This document shows, piece by piece, positions 11,984 to 25,228 of a DNA stretch of 64,000 nt (position 1 is the stretch's first letter; every line of letters begins with the position of its first letter). The notes under the pieces are model-generated. The model was not told the origin of the DNA. It did no database searches and saw only the letters and a program-made list of their open reading frames with translations. Both the position numbers and the translations under genes were made by a program. The DNA comes from Bilabrum cf. latius (lineage: Eukaryota): the NCBI GenBank assembly GCA_965178125.1, contig OZ237743.1, positions 806,001 to 870,000 on the forward strand, read 5' to 3'.

Positions 11984-14614
11984 ATGTCTGCAGAAGCATT
12001 GGGCATCAAGGGGGATGGCCCTGACGGCAAGCTTTCGCTGCCGCAAATGATCGAATATGCGTCTAAATTGAAATCTGCCAAAATGCAGACATTGCGCCGT
12101 CGTTTCGAGGAATGGCCAGCATATCTTCAACATACGCTGTTTCCAAGACCCGACGATCCGATTTAGGAGATGCGAGCTGCCGCAAGTCTTGTGGAGCGGT
12201 TGGAGTACGCGCAAGAATTGAAGGAGGAAGGAAACACGTGTTTTCGAAATAAGGATTACGTAAATGCTTTCTTGCGGTACCAGCGAGCCGCTGAGCTATT
12301 TGTTTGGGTCGATAACAAGAATATCGAAGACCTGAGACACCGAGGGGTGCTTGACGAGGACATCAGTTTGAAGGCGGTAGTTTCGCTTGCGATTTCAGAC
12401 AAGCTGCGGCTGGAGGTTGTTGAAGGGGCAGTGCCGTCACATGGCGCTGGTGGCGGAGAAAACCCCGTACTAGTTCCAGAGGGCGACTGGTAGGACCCGC
12501 AAGTGGTCGTCGACAGTTCCATACCTCTGAATTTGAGCGGTGCCGATGTCGCTGCCAGCCTGGACGACGACGACGGCGTTGCCGGCGCGGAGGGCGACAG
12601 CGGCAAGCAAGCAGCAGCTTCGGCCAGTTCAAGCAAAGCTAGCTCTGCAGTGAAGGAGGAGGAGGATCCCGAGGAGAGGCGGGCCCTCCTGCGGCAGATT
12701 AGGCAGCAGCTGAGTGCAGTCTACTGCAACATGAGCACCTGCTCCCTTCAGCTGAGCGAGCGAGCACTCACCCGCCTCACCGGCATCCCCAGCGCCAAGC
12801 CCCAGAAGGTTGCCAAAGACGCGGCGCAGGACGCACTTAGGGTCAACCCCCTAAGCGCTAAGGGCTGGTTCCGCAGGGCACAGGTGAGGCTGCACGGCGG
12901 CGCCGCGGGGACCATGGAGCTGGAGGAGTCGCTTGACGAGCTGGAGCTCGCCTCGAGGATCGCTCCAGGGAACAAGGCCATCGTCGCGGAGAGGGACCGG
13001 GTCAGGGCTCTACTGGCCAAGACCCGCACCAAGGCCACCAAATCCATGGGCGGTTTCCTGCGCAAGAAGGGGGTTCGACTGGGAGGCGACGACGATGACG
13101 ACGACGACGATGCCACAATTGGGGAGGATGGAGGGCCCGCCGGCTCTACAACTGCCAAGGGTGGGTCACCGGCAGCCGATGAGGAAGGGGAAGAAGACCC
13201 TGAGGTAGCACTCGCCAAGGCACAGTATGAAGATGCGCAGCAGAGGACCCAGTTGAGGCGCCTGGCGCCACTGGTGCAGTCGCTTCAGAAGGAGAAAAAA
13301 TACGCCGAGGCGGAAGAGCTGACGCAGTACATCAACGAGACATTGCGGCGCCTGGACCTCAGGATGAACGCAGTAAAGGCGGCGCAGTAGCAGGCAAAAA
13401 CTGGCGGTGCTTCGGGTGCGGCTGGGAACCAGGACGATAGCTCTGCGGCACAGGCGGCTGAATCTGCGGGTGCAGCAGGCCGAGAAGCGGCTAGACTAGT
13501 GAGGGACCGCATGAAGAAAAGGCAAGAAAGGCGCTCCAGGAAAGGAGGGGCTCGGGAAGCACTTGAGGAGATCCTTGGTGGTGCCAAGGGCAAGGATAAG
13601 GACCATGGGCCGGCAGATGCGCCCAGCAGTTCGCTCTTTGATAGACTAGATGAAATCGATGGGTCTATGGGGGCGGGCGGAAAGGGATCTGGGTCTGGGT
13701 CTGGTGCGGCAAGTGCGGCATCAGCTGCCAGCGGGCAAGGGCAAGGCGGCCTCGCAGCCGGCCTGCGAGCGATCGACATCGAGCACCCGTCGGATCAGAT
13801 GAGGGAGATCGCCAGGCAGCAGGGCATCGACCTTGACGATCCCAGGGTGAAACAACTGCTCAGGGAACAAATCGCCAAGCACACAGGGGGACAGCCGGGC
13901 GACCAAGCTGAAGGTGAGTTCCCCAGCGGTGAGGCCCAGGCTAGGGCTGGGGGCAGCGACGCCGGTGACGAAGGCCCAGAGGATACCGATGAGTCGGGGC
14001 AAGAGCCGCCCAAGCTGGATGAACTGCTCGATCGGATTCGCACCGGTGATTTCGACCGCCTCAAGCGATTGCTCCTCGAGCTGGACGAGACCGCGAGCAG
14101 CGAGGCAGTGGCGAGGATGGACGTGAAGGCCGTGCGGGAGAGGCTTGAGGAGCTGGTGCGCCGCGACTACGAGAGGCAAGAGAACGAGGCGGCCGGAACT
14201 GGAGACAAGCTGATCTTCGGTCTGAGCCAGACGCAGGTGCTGGTCTATGCGGCAGGTTTTCTCTTCATGCTTTGGAGGCTGTACTCGCTTGGGGTGTTCC
14301 ACTGGGTCTTCGGGATCGAGCCCGGCGAGGACAGCGAGATGCCGTTCGCGATGGGAGCCGAGGCACTTGCCCGTAGACGAGCAGAGAAATCCGTCCGCGC
14401 TGCGAGCGCCGCAGCGGGCGCGTTTGGCGGGGGGCACGGCGGGTTTGGGCGAGGGTCCGGCGCTGGTGCTGGTGCTGGTGCTGTTGACGGGGACGGGGAC
14501 GACGAGTTCAGCATGGGCTCGAGCAGCAGCGACTGGCTGGAGGATGGCGATGAGGTGGCGACTGCAGAGGTACTGCCGGATGGTACGGCGCGAGGACTCG
14601 GCGGCGGGATGTGA
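11984..14614 (+). CDS. TPR-repeat protein with a C-terminal transmembrane segment (~876 aa)
   Basis: Joins ORFs 11882-12166, 12170-12493, 12503-13390 and 13499-14614 in one frame across TAGs at 12164, 12491 and 13388; ends TGA. TPR motifs AQELKEEGNTCFRNKDYVNA, AVYCNMSTC and ALRVNPLSAKGWFRRAQ; TM VLVYAAGFLFMLWRLYSLG. Start may be 11882. Confidence 0.8.
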
Positions 14615-14714
14615 GGCAGCAAGGCGGCCACCGGGGACCTGTCCTCCCGGCTGGCCGGTTGCAACTGGAAATTGAAACCTGCCTCAAGCAACAACGCCGG
14701 TATTTGCGAACACC

Positions 14715-16583
14715 ATGACACTTCATGCACTGTGGGCCGCAACAGGATCGTTCGCATTGTTGGTATAGTCAGCAATGTCGCTAAATTGCTCTTCAGCCGC
14801 CATCTACGGGGTGCAAATGTCATCAAGTGTACGGCACCCGTCCAACGTGGATTTACCGAGCACTGGACTCTGCAGGCAGTTCTCTCACAATACTTGCTGT
14901 TCTCCGGAAGATTCGTCTCTGCTGATGGGTCTGTACGGTGGGTGTCAGCGTGGCGGCACAAGCCAGTCGTGCTGCGACGCACTCGCTCGGATATCCTGCG
15001 GGGTCTGCGATTCAAGAGTACGTGCGAAGGGGTGGCCTGTTTGTTAGAGCACGTGTGAATCGGCGTATGAAGCTTGCAAGGACGACTGGTTCCGGTCGAG
15101 TGTTGGATCTACCGGGCCGTGCAATGCCGATTCGCTTGTTTGCACCAAAGCGCTAGATGCTGCGAAGAATGCCGGCGAATTCTGCAACCTTATAGGATTT
15201 AAGGTACAGAAAGTCCTTAGTGAAGATGATTCAGAATAGCATCTCTTGGAACAGATTTTGGGGTCGCCCGGGCCGAGCCCGTTAGAAGCATCGTCCCAGT
15301 GCTTCAATGGCAATCCACCGCGATCAAAGGCGAAGCGTAGGGTCATCCCCGCGGGACACCAAGCGGATGACTAGGGTCTGGACCTGTTCGGCGGCGAGAC
15401 CGCGAAATGGCTCTCCGATCTCGTGCTGAGCAGCATGCCCAACGAGCCTCGCTCGTGGGTGCAAGTCCACGGGGCCCTATGGCAGGGACACGCTGCCACG
15501 TGGTTTACCGTGCTTGCGTGGGCAGGCACGGTGCTTGGAGCTACCATATGGATAGGAATGATGCTGATGAACTGCGCGTACCCTGCTAAATCTCGGGGCA
15601 TGAGGGTGGGAGGGCCATCCAGAGCCGATCCCAGCCAGCTGTCCAAGCGATTCCAGCACGACATGGACACGAGCATCTACATGTCAGAGAGCGAGGATGA
15701 TGAAGGTCAAGATGACGATGAAGACGGCGGCATCGATACGTCTGCTATGCGGTCGTCTGCGAGCAAGCCTAGTCCCAAGCCAGACCCCGTCAGGTGGGCA
15801 GGCTCCGGCTATCCATCCTCGCCCCGGGAAGGCGAGCATCATGCAAGTAAACGCAGCGAGAATCCCGACACAGGTGCTGGAGGAGGCTTGCATGTCCGCG
15901 CCGGCGGCCGCCTTGTCGGCGGCTCGGGTGCGGCTAGCGTGGCGGGAAGGAGCAGGCTGCTTCAGGGGAGGGACTCCCCTGTCGACGTGCAGCGGTCAAG
16001 GGTGCGGCACGACGGCGCCGCGGAGATCGGATCACCGGAGGTTGCAGCCGAAAGCGAACGTAACTTGAGGATTGGCATTCCTCTGGAGCCGGGCAGCGAG
16101 GAGGGCGCGAGCCCAAGCCCGCGCGTGGGCTCCGCGCCCGTCCCCTTAGTGAGGGTGGTGGCGAGCACAGGGGCTAGCCCTGAGGGAACAAGCCCCAGGG
16201 GCGGGGGCGGACCGCCTGCAGACGCACGGGGACTTAGGACTCCGAGTCCACTCGCGCAGGGAGAGGCCCAGCACCAGCAGCAGCACCAGCAGCACCTAAC
16301 AACGCACGGGGGTGCCAGTATGCAAGGCGGTGCTGCTCTTTCGGGAGTGGGATCAGCCAGTGCACCTTCTGATTCTGGCAGTCGGATAGCCGTCCACTCG
16401 TCGGCGGGCGTGGGCAGCCAAGTGCGTCTTCAGTCGATCTCCGGGACTCCGATGGTGGGACGGGCCACGAGCCGTGGAGTGGAGACGGACGATGGCCTAC
16501 GGACGCCAGCTGCGAGTTCGGTGCCGCTACCTGGATCGCCACCACCCGAGGATGGCATGGAATCAGATGGTAGTGACCAATAA
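14715..16583 (+). CDS. Type I membrane protein with a folate-receptor-family Cys-rich ectodomain (~622 aa)
   Basis: Signal peptide MTLHALWAATGSFALLV(Q)SAMS; Cys pattern CRQFSHNTCC...C..ISCGVCD...PVC(Q)STCESAYEACKDDWF resembles PF03024. A TM near 15500-15580 is followed by a low-complexity tail. TAGs at 14766, 15045, 15237, 15372; ends TAA. Confidence 0.75.
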
Positions 16584-16678
16584 TTGTGAGTTTGACTTCT
16601 TGTGCACGGTTTGAAATTCGTTCTCACTCTCATTTTGAGTTCGGATAGGCCAGGCCTACTTTCACCGGTAGAAGATTG

Positions 16679-19156
16679 ATGGAGGTCACAGATGATAGCG
16701 GACACATGTTATTTGTAGTATCTAAGCGGAGGATGGGCTCGATGGAGGCGTTGTGCAACCCCGGTACATGCTAGTTGCGCCTTGATTTCGGTCACATCCC
16801 AAAAGCGAGGCGTGCCCACGCTATCGAAGCCATAAAGCATCTATCAGTAATTTCGAGCCTGAATGTAACGATCACTGAAGCGTCCCATCATGCCATGATT
16901 CTGGCCATGAACCAAGTGGCAGGGTTGGACCTCAGCAGGCTAAAAACGTTTGAAATTTCTGGCATGTCGGTTGTTTACATGCACTCAGAGCTGCTCGAGT
17001 CGTTCATGCAGGTACTTGACTCAAGTAAAGATGCATTGGAATCGATTAAGTTTGATGTTGATGCTGCCACCCCGGTGCATGCGAGTATGGCCGTCAAGTT
17101 CTCAAGAGGGCTAGAGGCTTTGGCGAGAGTATCTTCAGTTCGACTTGCTTGCTCCAGTATTGAATGGCACGAAGAAAAATCGCTGGTTGAATCCATTGGG
17201 AGGATGCCAAACGTAAAGGAACTCTCTGCGCCACTCAATGTGAGCTCGCACGCAGTGTCCAAGATCGTCGTCGAGAACAATAAGTCTCCCTAGCCAAGCT
17301 TGTTGAAAATACACGACAGCTCCTTCATGCGCTCGCCATACGCCGGGTCAGACACAGACGACTCGAGACTCTGGACGGCGGTCGGCGAGAGCCCCAGCAT
17401 CTAGGTAGTGTCGTGGGCATGGCCGGCACAAGCAGGCGAGCAAGAGGCCCTGCAGCGCGCCATCGCCAGCTCCACCAGCCTGCGGGAACTCAATCTTTCG
17501 GTTACCGACGACTATGCCACCCATGTTCGATGCGGTCCGATACTAGACGGGGCGATGCGCCATACCGCCGGCGGATCGAGACTCAGGAAGCTGGAGATGG
17601 TCACCCGAGCTCCCATTGCAGACACGGAGCGGCTGCCCGAGCTGCTGCACCGCATCCCGAGCTTGCGATCCCTGGCTTACCCCATTGGCGTGGTTGTAGA
17701 TGACGCAAGCAGCTTGATTGAAGGATTCGCTAGCCCGTCCTGCGGCCTCCGGTCGCTCAGCATGCAGTGGTGGACACTGCCGAAAGCCGAAACGGTTTCA
17801 GTCTGCAAGGCCATTGCCGCAAACGAGTCCCTGAAGACGCTCGACGCTAGGGGATCAGCCCTAGATGAAGGTGAATTCGAAGGAATCTCGGCCATCCTGC
17901 GAGGCAACGCCTCCATTGAGCACCTCGAGGCGCACGACGGATACTCGCCGCTGCACCCGCCAGCGCACGTGTTTGAAGCCCTGGCCGTCAACGACACTCT
18001 TCGGAGGATGGGAAACCTGCACTTCGACCTGCCCCGTATCGGAGCCGATGCGGTACCCGCCATGTGTAGTGCATTGCGGCACAATTGCTCGCTGCAGCAG
18101 CTGACGGTTCGGCTATCGACCCAGAGCCGAAAGCTGCCGGAGCTGATAGACGCTATGCAATAGAATCGGAGCGTGACATCGCTCGTGATACTTGATCGCG
18201 ACCCCACAAGGCTAGACATTCCGGGGTTGGTATCGGTGATTCGTAGCAACGTCTGCTTGAGGTCTGTGTCGCTGAGCTGCCTTGCCGAGCACATGTCAGT
18301 GGAGTCCTTGACCATGCTCCGTGATGTCGCTGCCGAAGCAGCGCCAGGGCTGCTGCACCTCAGCGTACCTGGTGGGGGTAATGGAGGTGACGGTGATGAG
18401 ATTTCTTGGAGCGAGAAGATTGCAAATGCCGCGCGATCGGACAAGACTCACGTAGTGCGCGAATGGATGGCCGAACTAGAGTCTGCCGATACAATGCCCA
18501 AGGGCCAAGAGGCGATCAAGGGCCTCGCAGGACGCGCGTCATGCGCCCTTCGCATGCTTCGCGGAGAGCACAGGGCATCGCTAGATGCAGGAAAGGTAGT
18601 TGAATTTGCTGCGGTCGCAGCAGAACAAGCCCTCAACGCGGGATACCCAGGCGGGTGCATCCTGGTGTCCCAGGCCGTGCTGGACGTGCTGGTCGAGGGG
18701 ATTGATCTGGGCATGCCTGTGGGTACGGAGCCAGTGCCGATGGACTGCTTGGAGGGGCACGGCCTGTTTGAGGTGTTTCAGCGCGTGTGCATCGGAAGGG
18801 TGGGTAGGAAGCGCGGGGGGGAGGGAGGGGAATGGGTGGGCGCGGTGAAGCGGTGCGTGGAGGTGTTGTCGATTCGAGATGGCAGGAGGAGACGGCGCAT
18901 GGTGCGGTGGAGGCGTGCGGCAGCTGCGCGCAGAGATGCTGCCAGGATGTTTCGAGCAGCGGCGGAAGGCAGGCCGCTAGAGCTGGCGAAGCGAATGCGG
19001 CTGGGCGTGCTGGCGGGCGGGCTGGAGGCGAAGGGCGAGGTGGGGGACGAGTCTGCCGCGGGTGGGACCAGGCTGGCGAGGCCCCTGGAGGCAGCGAGGA
19101 TCGGGGGCCACGAGGAGTGTGTCAGGCTTCTAGCTGAAGTGTCGCGATTGGATTGA
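16679..19156 (+). CDS. RNI-like leucine-rich repeat protein with a C-terminal ankyrin-like motif (~825 aa)
   Basis: Joins ORFs 16775-17293, 17408-18163 and 18173-19156 across TAGs at 16772, 17291, 17402 and 18161; ends TGA. LRR units NESLKTLD, NASIEHLE, NDTLRRM, NCSLQQL and (Q)NRSVTSL; ankyrin-like PLEAARIGGHEECVRLL. Start uncertain. Confidence 0.78.
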
Positions 19157-19286
19157 CCGCGGAGGGGCACTGGCATGGACCCAACATAGCAACAGGACTC
19201 GCTGGCCGCACCACCGTTCACACGCGACCGTGCGCTGCAGGCATGCGGGTCTTTTGCAATGCATGCTTGCAGTCACATTCAACAGG

Positions 19287-21040
19287 ATGCAAGCGGGCAT
19301 ATTCAGTGTGATACTAACTTTTAGTTTGGCTTATTGTCGTACAGTTCATGTGCACCCTGGGGACGACGTGCAAAGTGTGCTTGATGAGAACCCAGCCGGA
19401 ACAGTGTTCCTGTTTGCTTCTGGCTCGTATGAGCGTTGCAGCCTTCGTGTTAAGGATAACGTTTAGCTAATAGGCCCAAAGCCAGCAATGCCGGCGGTTC
19501 CTTCCAATGCTTTGCCAGTCGCTGGATTGGCCAGCCTGAACTTTTCGAATGATCGCATGCTTAGGCACACTTTGGAGACGATTGAGGCGCCAATATGGCG
19601 GGCAATTTCCGAGACTGGGTCCAGGCAACTAGATTTAGCGTCTGGAGCAGCAGTATTTCGGGGCTCAGTCAGGCTGTCGAACTTCTCCACTCCGGCGGCA
19701 TCTCCTTGCGCGGGGGTCGAAGGAAAGGCCTTTCAAGTTGTGGACGGACTCGTCGCACAGCCTACGTGGGCACATGGTAAGTGCCAGCCACAGTACCCAG
19801 CGTGCAACATGGACCAGCACCTCTTGTTCAATCAGAGCTGGCTCGGCTGGCATTCTCCGAATATGTCCGTTTTTGCGATGCAGCTCGCGGAGCGCGGATC
19901 CGCAGCGGCAACGCCCAGGGTATCCCATACCTCGTGCAGTACGCGGACCCCTCAAGTCCACACAGTAATGCCACTGTATGGGTTGCACTCCCTGCAGCAG
20001 CGCTAGCGTCGTACGAGCTTGACCTGGCAGTGGACCGGGCTGCCATCCGTGGAGACGCCAGCGGAGTGGTCGTCGAAAACCTTCTTATCGATGGGTACGC
20101 CAACCCCGCCCAAGCAGGCGCGATTATACCCGGAAATAATGCCTCGAGGCCTGGTCCAGGGAACTGGTCCATCCGCGGCGTGGAGGTCAGAAACTGCCAC
20201 GGAGCCGGGCTCTCCATTGCGAGTGGCTCGACTGCCGCTGGGTGTTTCCTCCACCACAACGGCCAGCAAGGCGCCCACGGGGGCAACGGAAGCATCTTTA
20301 GCACCGAAATAGCCTTCAACAACATGGCTGGATTTAAGCTGGGCTGGGAGGCCGGAGGAGGCAAGTTCGGCTCCGATTGCACGTACACCACAGTGAGCGG
20401 GTGCTTCAGTCACAGCAACGATGGCGACGGGCTGTGGACAGACGTGGGCGGGCGGGGGATACAGTACACTGACAACATCATAGTCAACAACACCGGCGCC
20501 GGCATCTCTCATGAGATTTCATACCCCGCCCTCGTCGCCAACAACACCATATTTGGGAATGGGCGGGCCATGCCGGTGTGGCTGTGGGACGCCCAGGTCC
20601 AGGTGCAGAACTCGTTCGGCGTGAACGTGCTGGACAACGTCGTGAAATCCAATGCATCTACCGGCGCCCGCAACTGGCTCGCAATCATCAACCAGAACAG
20701 GACGTACGCGGGGAAGCAGTTCCATGCCCTGAATAACTCGTTTGCCGGCAACGTAGTGGAGACGCAGACGCCGTGCAAGGGTAACGGCGGCATGGCGGCG
20801 GACCATTTCCTGAGCCTAGTGGCAGGACACGCAAACAAATTCGATGGAAATACGTACCTCATGGCAGGTGCAAAACAGCAGTTCTGCAGGAATTGGGACT
20901 GGGTGCTGCCTGCGAGCGGGTCCTAGCCAGCGAAAGGGGCCTCCCTCTCGTGGGCTGACTTCCGCGCGAAGGCTGGGCAGGAGCTTGGGGGCAGGTTGGT
21001 GCCTGCTCCTTCCGGCGCGCCTCAGTGCAATTGCTCGTGA
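19287..21040 (+). CDS. Secreted right-handed parallel beta-helix (pectin-lyase fold) protein; one frame discontinuity near 19845-19940
   Basis: Signal peptide MQAGIFSVILTFSLAYC, then VHPGDDVQSVLDENPAGTVF and KDNV(TAG 19464)LIG. After a frame change: YANPAQAGAI, WEAGGGKF, HSNDGDGLWTD, NTGAGISHEISY. TAG at 20924 continues to SWADFRAKAGQE and TGA at 21038. Confidence 0.75.
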
Positions 21041-21197
21041 GGCTGCAGCCCGGCTTGGTCGGAGTTTGAAGCAGTATCTGGCAGGTGTGGAGTACAGCAC
21101 AAGTGGCTTCTTGCGGGCCGTGTGAAGGGACTCACCAGTGTACGCTGCAGCACACTGCTTTCTGTTATTCTTCGGGTATTCTTTGCAGCGCATGGAA

Positions 21198-23243
21198 TTA
21201 GAACGCAACGTCTTCGGACCAAATGTCCTTGACCACATCATCCTTGCCTTCGGGATTTCCTGGAACAGCCGCCCCAGGCACATCGGTCGTGGAATCGGTC
21301 ACCCTAGTGGCCTCCTCACCAGCAGCTGCCAGGATCTAGTCAAGGGTGGCCATCGGCCTATCACTCGGCGCTGCTTCTGGAGCACCCGTCTCATCGTATG
21401 CTTCTGACTGAATCGACGGTGGTGGCTGCTGCTCTCCCGCCCTGTCGGCTCGGGGTTCCAGAGCCGATGCCTAGGACTGAGCTGCGAGTTGCCGCGCGGC
21501 CCGCAGCGCCGCTTCTGCTTCTTCTCGCTTCCTGGACGCGCGCTGGACAGCGGCCGCGTGTGCGTCCGCGCAGCTTTGCGTGCAGAAATCCTTCCCCTCT
21601 GACCTGACGAACTTGCCGTCTTCCTTGTAGAACTGCTGGTAGCACTTGTAGCAGCTGCCTCTGGGTACGCCGTTCCTTGCAGCTGAAGAAGAGGACGAGC
21701 CCAACGACTGGGTTGCGGAGGTTGCGGTTGTTTTGGGAGCCGATGCTCCTTCTTGGCTGCTTTCAGGTTTCTAGCTCGCCCGCCACTCCATCAGCGCCTC
21801 CTGAAATCGCCGCTGCTCGGCAGCCTCATCGTATTGCCCATCAAGCAGTGAAGCGGTGCCTGTAGCAGTAGCAGTGCCAGTGCCCGCGCTTGCAGCTGCA
21901 CCCACGCTTGCTGCTGCTGGGTGGGGCTCTGCACCTGGTGGTTTAGGCGTGCTCAGGCTCAGCAACGCAGACATGGTCCCAGTCTTCGCTTTCGCGGGTG
22001 CACCATCGTCCCCACCAGTCAGGCCGTACATGAGCGCTGCCTTGCCGGCGTCTGCAGGGTTCTGCCACATCGCACCACCCCCTGCCTGACCCCCTTTTGA
22101 GTCCTCCGCCGACTCTCCTGCGTACTCGCGGACCAGCCGGATGGGCCCTTTCTTGCCCCTCCACTCCCGCAGGGCGGCTTTGAACTCCTCGTGTTCCTTG
22201 GCCTCATCCAGCATGCCGTCGGCATTTGAGGCTCCGGATTGCGAGGCACCACTGGCAGGCTTGGGCCCCTGCGCCTGCGACCAATGCACGCGTGTAGTGG
22301 CAGGCCCCCTTGCCTCGCCGCTGGCCTGGGTGGAAGCGCCTGCTTGCACTGCGGATGTTACAGTTTCAGATGATGCCGGTGCTGGTGCGGGTGCAGGGGC
22401 TGCACCACCGATGGGAGCGAGCCCCGCTTGTTCCCTGAGGTTCGCCACCCCTTTCAGCAGCATTTTCCTGTGCCCCAGCGGCTTAATCTCCATGTAGTCC
22501 AAATCCTCCTTGCCCAGCTCTAGGAGGACCTCACCGCTCACCTCGTTCTCGCGGAACTTGTCCTGGTAACGCGCGAGGCCGAGAACGTCCAGCCACTTGC
22601 AGGCCGCTTCGACGTTCCATGCCTCTGGCTTCTCCAAAGTGGCGGGCTTTCGGCGACCGCTGGCGGGGCGGCGGCGTCCCGACGCAGCGGAGTTGCTCGC
22701 GTTCAAGTTGGACTAGCTGGGGTGCTGGATGCGAGCACGGAGCGCCGGCCCGAAACCACCAATGCCACTGCTTTTATCTGGTGATCCAGTAGCTCGCATA
22801 GGCTGTTTTGGCTTTCTTCTACCTGCCACAGGGGCAGAGAAAGTTGGCTTCGCTTGTCCGAGGCCAGCCGCTGCCAGCGTTGCACCTGAGGGAGGTTTAG
22901 CCAGGCTATGGTCCGATGCTCTTCCTAAGACGACACCCTTCGGGGTTCCACCACCCCCTCTACGATCTCGCGGGGGTCTCGGTGACGTTTTGCTTGAGGG
23001 AGTACTTCGTTTCGAAGTCTTGATCTTGGCAACCGTGCTTGCAGGAGCCGCATTCTCCCAAACCGGCTTGCCTTTCTTCAACGGGGATGACGCTGTTTTA
23101 CCTGCACTAGACTGCATGACTTCTCGGACTTTCTGGAGCTCTCGCTGCATTTCCAGAACGTCGCGTGCGAGGCGATCAGACTTCTTCCTGCGCTTTCGAA
23201 AACATCTGGTCCCAGAAATCAACCTGATTGGAAACACTCGCAT
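21198..23243 (-). CDS. SAM-domain protein with a C-terminal Cys4 zinc-finger-like motif (~681 aa)
   Basis: Joins ORFs 22713-23243, 21771-22706 and 21471-21704 across TAGs at 22713, 21771, 21471 and 21336; ends TAA at 21198. SAM signature WNVEAACKWL..LGLARYQDKFRENEVSGEVLLEL..LGHRKMLL; CYKC...FCTQSC motif. Start uncertain. Confidence 0.8.
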
Positions 23244-23415
23244 GATGCCACGACTTAGACAAAATATAACTTACTACGGTTGCTAGTAGCTCATGACCTC
23301 AAGAATAGCGACAGTATGTTGTCGTTCAACGTCTCTTACGGCCACTCATCACATGTCCACAAAGTGCAAATTGGGTCTGCGATCATTGTGAAGCCTTTAC
23401 CGAAATGTTATAACT

Positions 23416-25031
23416 ATGAGGTTGTCCTATGCTGGCATAGTGTCGTGGTTTCCAGGCCATATGCTTAAAGCATCGCGACAGCTGGCTGCAGTGCTGCCGC
23501 AGTGCAGCGTCGTTGTTGAAATGCGTGACGCCCGCATTCCCGCCACATCTGCCAATCCGGATCTTATTCGCGCATGTGTAGAGTCCGGAACGAACATCAT
23601 AACCGTACTGAACAAGTTTGATCTAGCAGATCGTCCAGTACTGCAGGTCAGTACGCTTCGACCTGCAGTTTGTCCGCACCCCTCCGATGGCCACGAGTCT
23701 GGGATGATTGAATATTCGTGTTTGACATCTCGCAGAAATTGCTGTCAAATAATTCGTACGATCATGGTGTGTTGCTTCTGAGCAGCCACAAAGCTGCTTC
23801 TGTCCGGACGGTAAGTTCAGTTGAAGCACACCATTTGCTGCACCGTACATTTTTCAGGCAACAGCCAAAGGCATCACATTGATTTGGATCGCAGATGCGT
23901 CAGTCGGTTCTCACTTCAATATCAGGCGCACCTGGTCGCGCCCCAGCCCGAAGCTCCGAGCCTGTGCGGGCGCCCGGGGAGGCGCGAAAGAGCGAGCTAG
24001 TCGCCGTGGTGGGCATGCCAAACGTCGGAAAGTCCACTGCAATCAACGCGCTGCGCACATAGGCCCAATACGACGAACTGCAGGCAGCAAGGAGGAAGAA
24101 CAGGGGTGGTGGGCGACGAAGGAGCAAAGGGGGCAGGGGGTCTAGCACAAGCCATAGCAGTGACAATGACATGATGAGCATGCTCGCTTCGGGAGGGCTC
24201 GAATTCAGCGCCGGGGGGGCATCCAGCGGAATGGAGCGTAGGGGCAGCCGCAAGGGGGAAAAGACAGGCCCCACGCCTGGTGTCACCAGGCACCTGAAGC
24301 GCGTGCCGCTGGGGGGTGACCCCCCCGCAATGCTCCTGGACTCCCCGGGAGTGATGGTCCCCCAAGTTGGGGATGCCATGCAGGGGTGCAAGCTCGCGCT
24401 GTGCGGCCTCGTTCGGGACGCAGACGTCCCCGCAGCTGCGATGGTGGAGTCTTTGCTCTTGTCAACGTCGCCCCGGGGCCGGGCCCGTGTGCTCCGGGGC
24501 ATCATTTTGGGCGCCGGGGCGGCGGGAGAGGGCTAGACGAGCAGAAAATTCGAGGCATAGGCGGGCGAGAATTTAATTCATACTCTGGAGGGGATGGCGC
24601 AAGAGATGCGGCGGATGGGGTTGGAGGTAGAGAGTGTGCGGCTGTGTGGTGCCAGCGGGCAGGATGACACTAGGTCCGACACATCGAGTCAAATAGACCC
24701 CCCTCATGATTTTGGCGAGGGTGAGACCAGCGCGAAATCAGGGGGCAGTGTTCCACCCGAGACGGGCTTGCCCGCCACGGAGGCGCTATGCCTGGGTGCT
24801 GCGAGGCGATGGGGGATGCTGGGCTCGGGGGGCGAGGGAAGCCTGGAACAAGCAGCTGATGCGATTGTTGATCGTTTCAGGAGAGGGATGCTCGGCTGCC
24901 ACACGCTGGATTCGGCAGAAGACGTCGATAGGATGATGAGGGCTCGACGAGCGAGCACGGACGAGGAAGGGTATGAAGAGGAGCAGCGCAGTGGTGATCA
25001 TGATTAGTCTTAGGCCGAAAAAAGATTGTAA
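23416..25031 (+). CDS. MTG1: Circularly permuted GTPase, RbgA/YlqF/MTG1 family (probably mitochondrial ribosome assembly)
   Basis: Exons 23416-23646, 23736-23810, 23895-25031. Motifs WFPGHMLKA, EMRDARIP..SANP, VLNKFDL (G4), VVGMPNVGKST.IN (G1), PGVTR (G2), LLDSPGV (G3) and RFRRGMLG. TAGs at 24060, 24534, 24558, 25005, 25011; ends TAA at 25029. Confidence 0.88.
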
Positions 25032-25228
25032 TACATTAGTTCGCTTAGATGCCACTAGGAACTTGCCAAGGCCGAGCCTCCTGAGGTGCGCGCGCTTGCT
25101 CGGGCGGCCCCGGGCTGTGGTGGCTCAGAATCTGTGACGATACTCTCAACGTCTGAGTTTCATTCATCTGCTCGGTTGCCTGCGCTGGACAGGTGGCAGC
25201 CGTCTGAATTGTTCAGCACCAAAACATT

